A stretch of DNA of 64,000 nucleotides from NCBI GenBank assembly GCA_963782055.1, contig CAWAIF010000003.1, positions 1-64,000 on the forward strand. Reading direction: 5' to 3'. The notes beneath the pieces are model-generated. The model had not been told where the DNA came from. It made no database searches and worked only from the letters and a program-made list of their open reading frames with translations. A program made the translations under genes and the position numbers. This document shows positions 20,389-31,068 of the stretch, piece by piece; position 1 is the first letter of the stretch, and the number at the start of each line of letters is the position of its first letter. This DNA comes from an uncultured delta proteobacterium. Its GTDB lineage: Bacteria > Myxococcota_A > Polyangia > Polyangiales > Polyangiaceae.

Positions 20389-21885
20389 TCAGGCACGGCC
20401 GCTCTTCGTCCCGTCCGGGCACGGGCGCAAGGAGAGGCCGGGGAGCGGGGCGCCGGCCTCGGGCGGGCCGCCGAGGCAGAGCTCGATCGTCGCGGTGGTG
20501 CCGCGCCCCGCCTCGCTCTCGAAGAGGAGCCGCCCGCCGTGCTGCTCCACCACCGCGCGGGCGACGGCGATGCCTAGGCCGGAGCCGCCCTCGCGCGTGG
20601 TGAAGTACGGCCTGCGGATGCGCTCGAGGACCTGCGACGTCATCCCGGCGCCGTGGTCGATGACCTTGATGCGCACGCCCACGGGGCGAGGATCGTCCGG
20701 CGACGCGGTCGCCTCGGCGTGGGCGCACGGCTTCGCCCGCGCGACGGCGATGGTGACCTTGCCCTCCGGGCCCGAGGCCTGCATCGCGTTGAGGACCAGG
20801 TTGAGCATCGCCTGGCGAAGCTTGCGCCCGTCGGCCTGCACCTCGACGCTCTCGTCGCCCACCACCTCCACGCTCACCCCCGCCTCGGCGGCGCGCGTCT
20901 CGAGCAGGAGCACCAGCTCGCGGCCAATCTCGTAGGGCTTGGTCGGCGCGACCTTCAGGTCGTCCAGGCCGCGGCTGAAGCCGAGGAAGCCGTCGACGAT
21001 CGACTGCAGGCGGTCCGCCTCCTTCGCGACGATGGCGAGCCGCTCCGCGCTCCTGGTGTCCGTCGCGCTCTGCGCCATGTGCGCCGAGAGGCCCTTGATC
21101 GCAGCGAGCGGGTTCTTCACCTCGTGCGCGAGGCGCGCCGCCACGCCCTCGATCGTGCGCGTGTGGTCCTCGCTCTCGGTGAAGATCTCCTCGCGCCGCG
21201 CCGCCAGCTCCAGCGCGACCTGCGCGTAGGCGTCGGTCACGTGGATGCCGATCTTGAGCAGGCTCGTCGCGGTGAAGACGAGCGTGACCGCCGCCACCAC
21301 CACGAACTCGACGCTGGTGTGTCCGCCGTGCGGCGCCAGCGGCGTGGGGAGCCCGCCCCACGACGTGCGCGAAACGACCGCGAGCAGCACGAACGTCGCC
21401 CCCAGGCCCAGCGTGAAGAGGCGCTTGTCGCGCCGCCGGTCGAGGAGCAGCGCGGCGATGGCCATCATGGGCATCGCCATGGGCAGCAGCGGGCTGGCGA
21501 TGGTGCCGGTGGTCAGGGTGATGACGCCGAAGTGGACCTGATGGACGACGTAGGCCCACGGCCGCCGGCGGATCCAGGTGCCGGCCGGGGCCGTGGAGGC
21601 GAGGAGCACGAGCGCCACGCTGCCGAGCTGGAGCGCCGCGCGGGTGTGTGACTCGCCGCGGGCGAGCAGCGCGCCGAAGAGCACGACGTTGAAGGGAAGG
21701 AACCAGACGTGCCGCCAGCGCTTCGCGCGCAGGTCCATCTCCTCGAAGACGTAGCGGCGTACCGCGTCGAAGCGGGCGCGCTGGGGCCCACCTCGGGCAT
21801 CGCGGGCAGTGGCCTGCGAGCGCGGGCGTTCGGGGGCCCGAGCAGTGGCGGCGCCGCGGGCGGGGAGCGAAACGTCGCCGGACAT
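20389..21885 (-). CDS. Membrane sensor histidine kinase
   Basis: TM region, LAHEVKNPL H-box, NLVLNA, DHGAGM, GSGLG. Confidence 0.92.
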   Translation of the reverse strand: MSGDVSLPARGAATARAPERPRSQATARDARGGPQRARFDAVRRYVFEEMDLRAKRWRHVWFLPFNVVLFGALLARGESHTRAALQLGSVALVLLASTAPAGTWIRRRPWAYVVHQVHFGVITLTTGTIASPLLPMAMPMMAIAALLLDRRRDKRLFTLGLGATFVLLAVVSRTSWGGLPTPLAPHGGHTSVEFVVVAAVTLVFTATSLLKIGIHVTDAYAQVALELAARREEIFTESEDHTRTIEGVAARLAHEVKNPLAAIKGLSAHMAQSATDTRSAERLAIVAKEADRLQSIVDGFLGFSRGLDDLKVAPTKPYEIGRELVLLLETRAAEAGVSVEVVGDESVEVQADGRKLRQAMLNLVLNAMQASGPEGKVTIAVARAKPCAHAEATASPDDPRPVGVRIKVIDHGAGMTSQVLERIRRPYFTTREGGSGLGIAVARAVVEQHGGRLLFESEAGRGTTATIELCLGGPPEAGAPLPGLSLRPCPDGTKSGRA

Positions 21886-21966
21886 CTGGCTGCTATGATG
21901 CGGGGAGGGGCGGTTCGGGTGCGCGGGAGCTCATCCGCGGGCCCCACACCCCCACGGGCTGGCCCC

Positions 21967-23295
21967 TCAGGAGCGCCCCTCGGGGGTGCGTCGGCGGCGG
22001 CGCCGCAGCAGGGCCAGGCCCACCACCGCCGCCAGGCTCAGCGTGCGCCAGGGCACCGGCTTCGTCGGGTCGGCGGCGGCCACCGCGCAGCCGGCGGTCT
22101 GCGTCGGGGTCGTGCCGGAGGTGTCCGGCGGCGTCGGGAAGCAGTAGCCGGTGTCGCCGCTCGGGACGCAGGAGAAGCCGTCCGGGCAGTCGCTGGCGCT
22201 GGGGTCGCAGGGCTGCGAGCAGATGTAGCTGTTGCCGCCGTCGTTGGAGGCGCAGAGGCCGGAGTCGCAGTCGGTGTTGTCGCCGCACTGGGCGCCCAGC
22301 GCGCCTGGCGGGGGCGGCGCCAGGCCGCCGTCGTTGCCGGTGCTGCCGGAGTCGGGTGCGCCCGCGTCGGCGGGCGGAGGGGGGGGCGCGGGCTTCGTCC
22401 ACGAGGGGGCGGTGTACCCGCCGGCGGCGGCCGCCTGGATGCCCACCTGCTGGATCCAGCTCGCCCACGCGTCGGTGCGCGTGTAGATGGGCTCGACGCA
22501 CTTGCCGTTGACGTCGCCGCCGCGCGAAAGCACGCCGAAGGAGACGGGGACCTTCTTGTTGAAGTTGATCTGCTCGTAGGCGCTGGAGCCGGAGTCGCCT
22601 TCGCACGTCGAGTCGCCGGAGACGAACTCGTTCTTGTCGATCTGCGTCTGCTGGCCGCAGTCGATCAGCGGGTCGCCGGGGATGCACACCAGGTCCACGT
22701 TCTGGATGATGCGGCGGGTGCCGCTGTCCTGGTTGTTCGGCGCGGTGATGCCGTAGCCGATGGCGGTGACGGAGGTGGAGTACCGCTTGTGATCCGTCAT
22801 CGAGTACTGCACGACCGGCGTGACGGTGGGAGCCTCACTGGAGGGGACGTTGTCCTTCAGGATGATGAGGGCCATGTCGTGGCCGCACACCGCGGTGCCC
22901 GAGGTCGTCAGGATCTGCGAGGCCTGGTGCCAGCCCGCCGAGCTCTGGAACATCTTGTAGTAGGTGGTCACCCAGTAGTTCGCGGTGGAGCCGCGCAGCG
23001 CGCCGAAGTTGGCGCTGGCGCAGTCGATCTGGCTGGGCGACTGGTCGACGCAGTGGCGCGCCGTCATCACCAGGTTGGGCGCGATGAGCGCGCCGGAGCA
23101 GATGAGCTGGCACTGCCCCTTGCCGCTGCCGACGCAGAGACCGACGGCGTACGGGTCGCTGCTGTCGGTGGAGCCGCCCTGGATGGCGGACGACTGTGAG
23201 CCGACGCCCTCGCTCGTCGAGGAGGGTGGTGAGCTGGAGCAAGCCCCGATCGCGACGGTGACGAACAGCGCTGCGCCGAAAGCCAAGGACCTCAT
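21967..23295 (-). CDS. S1 (trypsin-like) serine protease with MYXO-CTERM tail
   Basis: CSGALI, TARHC, DMAL, CEGDSGS; C-terminal GCAV...LALLRRRRRR. Confidence 0.9.
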   Translation of the reverse strand: MRSLAFGAALFVTVAIGACSSSPPSSTSEGVGSQSSAIQGGSTDSSDPYAVGLCVGSGKGQCQLICSGALIAPNLVMTARHCVDQSPSQIDCASANFGALRGSTANYWVTTYYKMFQSSAGWHQASQILTTSGTAVCGHDMALIILKDNVPSSEAPTVTPVVQYSMTDHKRYSTSVTAIGYGITAPNNQDSGTRRIIQNVDLVCIPGDPLIDCGQQTQIDKNEFVSGDSTCEGDSGSSAYEQINFNKKVPVSFGVLSRGGDVNGKCVEPIYTRTDAWASWIQQVGIQAAAAGGYTAPSWTKPAPPPPPADAGAPDSGSTGNDGGLAPPPPGALGAQCGDNTDCDSGLCASNDGGNSYICSQPCDPSASDCPDGFSCVPSGDTGYCFPTPPDTSGTTPTQTAGCAVAAADPTKPVPWRTLSLAAVVGLALLRRRRRRTPEGRS

Positions 23296-23456
23296 CGTAG
23301 CCAACCTCCGAGGCGCGAAACCCTTGATGGGTCAACGATCACGCCGTTCGCACGTCCCGCCCGACCAACAGTGTAGCGAGAGCGCGATGCACAGCAACCA
23401 CGTGTAATGACGACGGAAAGGTGCAGGACCCGCACACACGCGCTCACATGTCACAT

Positions 23457-23542
23457 GGAGGGCCGGCACGCGCCGCCCCTCCCGCCCGAGTGGATTGGGC
23501 GGGGCCCCACCCCACGCGGTCCCTCCGCTACGCGTCGGGCGT
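23457..23542 (-). repeat. Diverged inverted partial copy of the 151-bp repeat unit
   Basis: Matches the reverse complement of ACGCCCGACGCGAAGCGGAGGGCCCGCGTGAGGAGGGGCCCCGCCCAAT...GCGCGTGCCG with scattered substitutions. Confidence 0.8.
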
Positions 23543-23561
23543 CGCCTCTGCGCCGGCTCGC

Positions 23562-24416
23562 CTAGTCGATGATCTCCGGGGCGATCGCGGCGGGCAAGAT
23601 GCCCCGTTCGTGCCCCCGCCTGAACAGCTCGCTCACGGCGCGGCGCGTGTCGGCGGCGGCGCCGGCGGTGTCGTCGTTGGCGTACATGGCGAGGTAGCGG
23701 TCGAGCATGGCGCGGTCCAGCCGGACGTCGTCGCGTGACTCCTCACCCAGCAGGGCGTCGATCATCGCCTCCCGGTGCGATTGCGCCCAGAGGATGGACC
23801 CGCGACACGCCGCCGAGACCCGGGCGATCAGCTCCGGCCCGAGCGCGCGCCGGATGGCGTTCCCTCCGAGCGGCAACGGCAGGCCGGTGAGGTGCCCCCA
23901 CTCCGCGCCGACGTCGGCGACGAGCGCGAAGCCCTCCCGCTCGAAGGTGAGACGGCCCTCGTGGATGAGGAGCGCGGCCTCCACCTCCCCGCGGCGTACG
24001 GCCTCGAAGGAGCGCGCATACGGCGCGATGGGGACCACCACCGGCTCGAACTCCGGCAGGAGCAGGCGCAGCACCATGTACGCCGTCGTGCGGAGGCCGG
24101 GCACGCCCACGCGCTTGCCGGCGAGCGACGCGAGCGTCACCGCGCGCGGCGCGACGACCACCGGGCCGTAGCCTCGGCCCACCGACATCCCGTGCGCGAG
24201 AAGGTGGTAGCGCCCGGCGAGGGTGGCGTAGCGCGCGATGGAGACGGCGATGACGTCCACCTCCCCCTGCTCCGCCATCGCGTTGAGCGTCTCGGTGTCG
24301 TGGCGCTCGTGCACGAAGCGCAGGCCCGGCGCGTCCACCTTGCCGTGGAGCAGCGCCCAGAACATGAAGATGTCGTCGCTGTCGGGGGAGAAGGCGAGCC
24401 GGATGGTGGTGGGCAC
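23562..24416 (-). CDS. mqnD: MqnD-like 1,4-dihydroxy-6-naphthoate synthase (futalosine menaquinone pathway)
   Basis: SPDSDDIFMF, GRGYGP, PGLRTTA, LLIHEGRL, LPLPLGGN. Confidence 0.85.
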   Translation of the reverse strand: MPTTIRLAFSPDSDDIFMFWALLHGKVDAPGLRFVHERHDTETLNAMAEQGEVDVIAVSIARYATLAGRYHLLAHGMSVGRGYGPVVVAPRAVTLASLAGKRVGVPGLRTTAYMVLRLLLPEFEPVVVPIAPYARSFEAVRRGEVEAALLIHEGRLTFEREGFALVADVGAEWGHLTGLPLPLGGNAIRRALGPELIARVSAACRGSILWAQSHREAMIDALLGEESRDDVRLDRAMLDRYLAMYANDDTAGAAADTRRAVSELFRRGHERGILPAAIAPEIID

Positions 24417-24479
24417 CCCCGTGGCGTAGGCGCACACGGGGCGAGTGACAAGGGAGAGAGATGCTCTACGCTGGCGCCG

Positions 24480-25253
24480 ATGCGCATCGCCCGGCTCGCC
24501 CTCCCCGACGGACCCGCCTACGCGCGCCTCCAGGGCACGCAGGCGCACCCCCTGACCGCCGCGCCATGGGAGGGCGGCGAGCCGGACGGACCGCCGGTCG
24601 CGTGGACGGAGGGCATGCTCCTCGCGCCGGTCTTGCCCTACAAGATCCTCTGCGTGGGGCGGAACTACGCCGCGCACGCGCGCGAGCTGGGCAACGAGGT
24701 GCCGAAGGAGCCGCTGCTCTTCCTCAAGCCGAAGAGCGCGCTCGCCGGCCCGGGCGGGCGCGTGCTGCTGCCGCCCCAGAGCGAGCGGGTGGAGCACGAG
24801 GCGGAGCTCGGCGTGGTCATCGGCGAGACGATGCGGCGCGTGGCGCCGGAGCGGGCGCTCGCTCACGTGTTCGGCTACACGTGCACCTGCGACGTGACCG
24901 CGCGCGATCTCCAGCGCAAGGACGGCCAGTGGTCGCGCGCCAAGGGCTTCGACACCTTCTGCCCGGCGGGCCCCTGGGTGGAGACCGACTTCGACCCCTC
25001 CGCCGCGCGGATCCGTTGCCGGGTCAACGGTCAGGCGCGGCAGGACGGCACCACCGCCGACATGACCCACGGCGTCGCCGCGCTGCTCTCCTTCATGAGC
25101 GAGGCGATGACGCTGGAACCGGGCGACCTGATCCTCACCGGCACGCCGGAGGGCGTCGGCCCGCTCGCCGACGGCGACGCGCTCGAGGTGGAGATCGACG
25201 GTATCGGGACGCTGGCGGTGGCGGTCGCCGCGGATCGGCCCCCGTCGCCGTGA
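24480..25253 (+). CDS. Fumarylacetoacetate hydrolase family protein
   Basis: CVGRNYAAH, FLKP, HEAELGVVIG, DVTARDLQ, AKGFDTFCP, TGTPEGVG. Confidence 0.93.
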   Translation: MRIARLALPDGPAYARLQGTQAHPLTAAPWEGGEPDGPPVAWTEGMLLAPVLPYKILCVGRNYAAHARELGNEVPKEPLLFLKPKSALAGPGGRVLLPPQSERVEHEAELGVVIGETMRRVAPERALAHVFGYTCTCDVTARDLQRKDGQWSRAKGFDTFCPAGPWVETDFDPSAARIRCRVNGQARQDGTTADMTHGVAALLSFMSEAMTLEPGDLILTGTPEGVGPLADGDALEVEIDGIGTLAVAVAADRPPSP

Positions 25254-26080
25254 GGCTGCCCCCGCTGCGTCGCGCGTCGCTCTGGGCGCTCGCCGCGGCC
25301 TGCGCGGTCGTCTCGGTGGTGCTCGTCGCGCGGGCGAGGCCGCAGGGCGCGCAGTGCGGCCCGGGCTTCTGGCCGGTGGGCTCGCGCTGCTGCGCCGGCG
25401 TCTCCGGCGACGGAAAGCGGTGCGGTCCGGCGCGCACCTGTCCGGCGCCGCTCGTCGACGCCGGCGACCACGACTGCGTCGCGCCGCGCGTCCGCGTGGC
25501 CGTCCCCGACACGACGCTGGTCATCGGTCCCTCCGACTGGGAGGCGGAGGGCGTCGTCGCCCCGCGCACCCTGCACGTGAAGCACTTCTGGCTGGACGCC
25601 TTCGAGCTCACTGTGGGGGACGTGGAGCCGGACGTCCGCGTCGACCGCGCCCGCGCCGCGGGCGGGCTGAGCCGCGCGCACGCCGAGGAGCTCTGCCGCG
25701 CGCGAGGCGGGCGCCTCCCGACGGAGGACGAGTGGATGGTCGCGGCCTCCACCGCGGCGGGCAACCGTTACCCGTGGGGGGAGACGGGCGCGGTGTGCCG
25801 GCGCGCGGCGTGGGGTCTGTTCGTCGGTCCGTGCGGCCACCGCGCACGCGGGCCGGACACCGTGGGCGCGCACCCGGACGGCGACAACCCGCTGGGGCTG
25901 CACGACATGGCCGGCAACGTGGCGGAGTGGGTGACCACCGACCGGCCCGAGGAAGGCGTCATCAAGGGCGGCTCCTACGCCAGCGAGCTGGCCGATGCGC
26001 TGCGGGCCTGGGACCGGGACGTGGTGGACCCAGGGACGCGGGACCCCTCCATCGGCGCACGCTGCGCTTACGACCAGTAG
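25250..26080 (+). CDS. SUMF1/FGE-sulfatase domain secreted protein
   Basis: RLPTEDEW, YPWG, GLHDMAGNVAEW, GGSY, GARC. GTGA overlap with the upstream gene. Confidence 0.85.
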   Translation: MRLPPLRRASLWALAAACAVVSVVLVARARPQGAQCGPGFWPVGSRCCAGVSGDGKRCGPARTCPAPLVDAGDHDCVAPRVRVAVPDTTLVIGPSDWEAEGVVAPRTLHVKHFWLDAFELTVGDVEPDVRVDRARAAGGLSRAHAEELCRARGGRLPTEDEWMVAASTAAGNRYPWGETGAVCRRAAWGLFVGPCGHRARGPDTVGAHPDGDNPLGLHDMAGNVAEWVTTDRPEEGVIKGGSYASELADALRAWDRDVVDPGTRDPSIGARCAYDQ

Positions 26081-26116
26081 TCACACGGGCGAATCGCGTT
26101 ACGCTCCTGGGTCCCC

Positions 26117-27355
26117 ATGAGTACGGCGGTGCTGTGCATCGGGACGGAGCTCACCCGTGGCGAGCTCGTCAACTCCAACGCGGCCTGGCTCTCCGCCAGC
26201 CTGACGGCCCTCGGCTTCGAGGTCCACGAGCAGGCGTGCGTGGACGACGACCGGAGTCGCATCATCGAGACGCTCGAGCGGCTCGCGCGGACCTCGCAGG
26301 TCATCGTGGCCACCGGGGGTCTGGGGCCGACGACCGACGACCTGACGACGGAGGCGGTCGCCACCGCGCTCGGCGTGGCGCTCAAGCGCGACGAGGCCTC
26401 GCTCGAGCACATCCGGCGCCGGTTCGAGAAGCTGAACCGGACGATGAACGAGTCCAACGCCAAGCAGGCGGACTTCCCCGACGGCGCCGAGATCTTGCCC
26501 AACCCCATCGGCACCGCACCGGGCTTCACGGTACGCATCGGCAAGGCGCTCGCCTTCTTCATGCCGGGCGTGCCGCGCGAGATGATGCGCATGTTCGACG
26601 AGCAGGTCGTGCCGCGCATCCGCGGGCTCTCGCCCAACAACACCTACCAGGTGCGGCTGCGCACCTTCGGCCTGCCGGAGAGCGCGGTGGGGGAGAAGCT
26701 CGCGGGGGTGGAGCAGGCCTTCCCGGGCGTGACCATCGGCTACCGCGCGCACTTCCCGGAGATCGAGGTGAAGGTGCACGCGCGGGGCATCTCGCAGTCG
26801 GCGGCGCGGGAGCTCTGCGAGGCGGCCACCGTCGACGTCCGCGCGCGCCTCGCCTCGGTGCTCTACGGCGAGGCGGAGGACACCTTCGCCGGCGTGGTGG
26901 CGCGCGCGCTCAAGAACAAGGGCCGCACCCTCGCCATCGCCGAGTCGTGCACCGGCGGGCTCGTCGGGACGATGCTCACGCGCGAGGCGGGGGCGAGCGA
27001 GTACCTGCTGCTCGACGCGGTGACCTACGCCAACAGCGCCAAGACGGCGGTGCTCGGCGTGGAGGAGGACGTGCTGCGCGCGCACGGCGCGGTGAGCGGG
27101 GAGGTGGCGGCGGCCATGGCGGAGGGCGCGCGGCGCGTGAGCGGCGCCGACGTGGCGCTCTCCCTCACCGGCATCGCCGGCCCGACGGGTGGGACGCCGG
27201 ACAAGCCGGTGGGCACGGTGTACATCGCGGTGTGCGGCGAGCGCGGCACCGACGTGAAGCACCGCGTCTTCACCGGCGGGTCGCGCGAGCAGATCCAGAC
27301 GCTGGCGGCTTACGCGGGGCTGCACCTCCTCAAGGGGTACGTGCTGGGGACATGA
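26117..27355 (+). CDS. cinA: CinA (molybdopterin-binding-like domain plus NMN deamidase)
   Basis: IGTEL, GGLGPTTDDLT, MPGVPREM, AESCTGG, TYAN..K, HGAVS, TGIAGP. Confidence 0.95.
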   Translation: MSTAVLCIGTELTRGELVNSNAAWLSASLTALGFEVHEQACVDDDRSRIIETLERLARTSQVIVATGGLGPTTDDLTTEAVATALGVALKRDEASLEHIRRRFEKLNRTMNESNAKQADFPDGAEILPNPIGTAPGFTVRIGKALAFFMPGVPREMMRMFDEQVVPRIRGLSPNNTYQVRLRTFGLPESAVGEKLAGVEQAFPGVTIGYRAHFPEIEVKVHARGISQSAARELCEAATVDVRARLASVLYGEAEDTFAGVVARALKNKGRTLAIAESCTGGLVGTMLTREAGASEYLLLDAVTYANSAKTAVLGVEEDVLRAHGAVSGEVAAAMAEGARRVSGADVALSLTGIAGPTGGTPDKPVGTVYIAVCGERGTDVKHRVFTGGSREQIQTLAAYAGLHLLKGYVLGT

Positions 27356-27930
27356 GCGGCGCGGACGTCGCCCGCTGCTTCATCGCCCTCGTCGTGGACG
27401 AGGAGACCGCGCGCGCGGCGGTGCGGGCGCAGCGCGAGCTCCCCGACCGCGGGGTGTCGCTCGCGTCGCCCGAGTCGATGCACGTGACGCTCAAGTTCTT
27501 GGGAGACGTGGACACTGCGGAGGTGGCCAGGCCCGCCTTCGACGCGCTGGCGCCGCACGTCGTCGGGGCGCCGATCGCTCTCGGCTCCGCCGCGCTGGAG
27601 GCCTTCCCCTCCGCCGCGCGGGCTTCGGTGCTGGTGCTGGCGCTACCCGACGAGGGTGGCCGCATCGCACGCCTGGCGGGCGTGGCGGACCAGGAGGCAG
27701 GGGCGCGCGGCGTCCCGCGCGAGGAGCGCCGCTTCCGGCCGCACCTCACGCTGGGCCGCTGCCGGCGTTCGCTCGACGCGCGCGAGCTCGTGGCGCGCGT
27801 CGGCCCGGTCGCGCTGGGGGTCGCCCCGGAGGTGACGCTCTTCCGCAGCGACAGGGAGGCTCGCGGCGTGCGCTACACCCCCCTCGCCACCGTCGCGTTC
27901 ATGACCGACCCCCGCCCCAACAACGGCTGA
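27352..27930 (+). CDS. thpR: RNA 2',3'-cyclic phosphodiesterase (2H family)
   Basis: RCFIAL, HVTLKFLG, PHLTLGR; coupled to cinA. Confidence 0.9.
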   Translation: MSGADVARCFIALVVDEETARAAVRAQRELPDRGVSLASPESMHVTLKFLGDVDTAEVARPAFDALAPHVVGAPIALGSAALEAFPSAARASVLVLALPDEGGRIARLAGVADQEAGARGVPREERRFRPHLTLGRCRRSLDARELVARVGPVALGVAPEVTLFRSDREARGVRYTPLATVAFMTDPRPNNG

Positions 27931-27937
27931 CCCGCCG

Positions 27938-28608
27938 CCCGCGTGAGGAGGGGAGGCGCGTGCCGCCCCTCCCAGGGAAGTCCTGAGAGGGATGTGAGCT
28001 TCACTCACATGCGTGCGCGAGCCGACACGCCCGACGCGAAGCGGAGGGCCCGCGTGAGGAGGGGCCCCGCCCAATTGACTTGGGCGGGGAGGGGCGGCGC
28101 GTGCCGCCCCTCCCAGGGAAGTCCTGAGAGGGATGTGAGCTTCGCTCACATGCGTGCGCGAGCCGACAGCGGGAGGAACGCCCGACGCGAAGCGGAGGGC
28201 CCGCGTGAGGAGGGGCCCCGCCCAATTGACTTGGGCGGGGAGGGGAGGCGCGTGCCGCCCCTCCCAGGGAAGTCCTGAGAGGGATGTGAGCTTCGCTCAC
28301 ATGCGTGCGCGAGCCGACAGCGGGAGGAACGCCCGACGCGAAGCGGAGGGCCCGCGTGAGGAGGGGCCCCGCCCAATTGACTTGGGCGGGGAGGGGAGGC
28401 GCGTGCCGCCCCTCCCAGGGAAGTCCTGAGAGGGATGTGAGCTTCGCTCACATGCGTGCGCGAGCCGACAGCGGGAGGAACGCCCGACGCGAAGCGGAGG
28501 GCCCGCGTGAGGAGGGGCCCCGCCCAATTGACTTGGGCGGGGAGGGGAGGCGCGTGCCGCCCCTCCCAGGGAAGTCCTGAGAGGGATGTGAGCTTCGCTC
28601 ACATCCTC

Positions 28609-28610
<2 letters not shown>
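27938..28610. repeat. Tandem array of a 151-bp multi-hairpin (REP/BIME-like) unit
   Basis: Units start at 27938 (deleted form), 28049, 28200, 28351 and 28502 (partial). Near-identical, no spacers, between convergent genes. Confidence 0.95.
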
Positions 28611-29964
<1,354 letters not shown>

Positions 29965-30018
29965 GGGCGCAGGGTAACCCCATGCGCGGGGCGCGGGGAG
30001 GATGCTATGCCCTGGGCC

Positions 30019-31062
30019 ATGACGTTCGACCCCAACTCTGCGGCGGAGAAGGACGCCGGCATCTTCGGCCTGCCCACCACGCCGGACGAGGCGCGCGTCG
30101 TGCTGTTGCCCGTCCCCTGGGACGCCACCACCTCCTACGGCTCCGGCGCCGCCCAGGGCCCCGCGGCCATGCTCGAGGCCTCCAAGCAGGTGGACCTCTT
30201 CGACGCGGAGACGGGCAAGCCATACGCCGCGGGCATCGCCATGCTCCCGGAGAGCGGGGACCTGCGCGCCTGGAACGAGGAGGCGCGGCGGCTGGCGGAG
30301 GAGGTCATCGAGGCGGCGGGGCGCGTGGCCGGCGACGCCGAGCTGGAGGCCGCGCTCTCGCGGGTCAACGCCCTCTCCGAGCAGGTCAACGAGGTCGTGT
30401 ACCTCGAGACGAAACGCTTGATGGGTCAAGGACGCATCGTGGGGGTCGTCGGCGGCGACCACTCGGCGCCCTTCGGGTGCATCCGCGCCCACGCGGAGCG
30501 GCACGCGGGGATGGGCATCCTGCACGTGGACGCGCACGCCGACCTGCGCCGCGCCTACGAGGGCTTCGAGCACTCCCACGCGTCGATCATGGAGAACGTG
30601 ACGCGCAAGATCGCGGGCGTCGCCAAGCTGGTGCAGGTGGGCGTGCGTGACTTCTGCGAGGAGGAGGCCACGCGCATCGCCACGCTGGGGAGCCGCGTGC
30701 GGACGGTCTACGACGTGCAGGTCGCGCGCGCGCGGGCGCAGGGCGCGCTGCTCGAGTTCCTCGCCGGCGCCGTCGGCGAGCTCCCGCGTGACGTGTACGT
30801 GTCCTTCGACATCGACGGCCTGGACCCTGCGCTCTGCCCGCACACCGGCACGCCCGTCCCCGGCGGCCTCTCCTTCTACGAGGCGAGCGCGCTGGTCGGC
30901 ATGGTGGTGCAGAGCGGGCGGCGCATCGTCGGGTTCGACCTGACCGAGGTGGTCCCCGGTCTGGACGACGAGTGGGACGCCAACGTCGGCTCCCGCGTGC
31001 TCTACAAGCTCATCGGCTGGACGCTGCTGTCGCAGGGGATCGGCCAGGCGCCGCTCCTCTAG
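30019..31062 (+). CDS. Agmatinase/ureohydrolase family
   Basis: GGDHS, DAHADLR, SHAS, SFDIDGLDP, TGTPVPGG. Confidence 0.92.
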   Translation: MTFDPNSAAEKDAGIFGLPTTPDEARVVLLPVPWDATTSYGSGAAQGPAAMLEASKQVDLFDAETGKPYAAGIAMLPESGDLRAWNEEARRLAEEVIEAAGRVAGDAELEAALSRVNALSEQVNEVVYLETKRLMGQGRIVGVVGGDHSAPFGCIRAHAERHAGMGILHVDAHADLRRAYEGFEHSHASIMENVTRKIAGVAKLVQVGVRDFCEEEATRIATLGSRVRTVYDVQVARARAQGALLEFLAGAVGELPRDVYVSFDIDGLDPALCPHTGTPVPGGLSFYEASALVGMVVQSGRRIVGFDLTEVVPGLDDEWDANVGSRVLYKLIGWTLLSQGIGQAPLL

Positions 31063-31068
31063 GCGCCC

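Noticed and set aside
21895..21970. Another copy of the 151-bp repeat (GGGCCCCACACCCCCACGGG)
   Set aside because: Only a short GC-rich resemblance; not distinguishable from chance by eye.
27643..28602. Repeated small ORFs (MSEAHIPL..., MREPTAGG...)
   Set aside because: Translations of the non-coding palindromic repeat in shifting frames; no coding bias.
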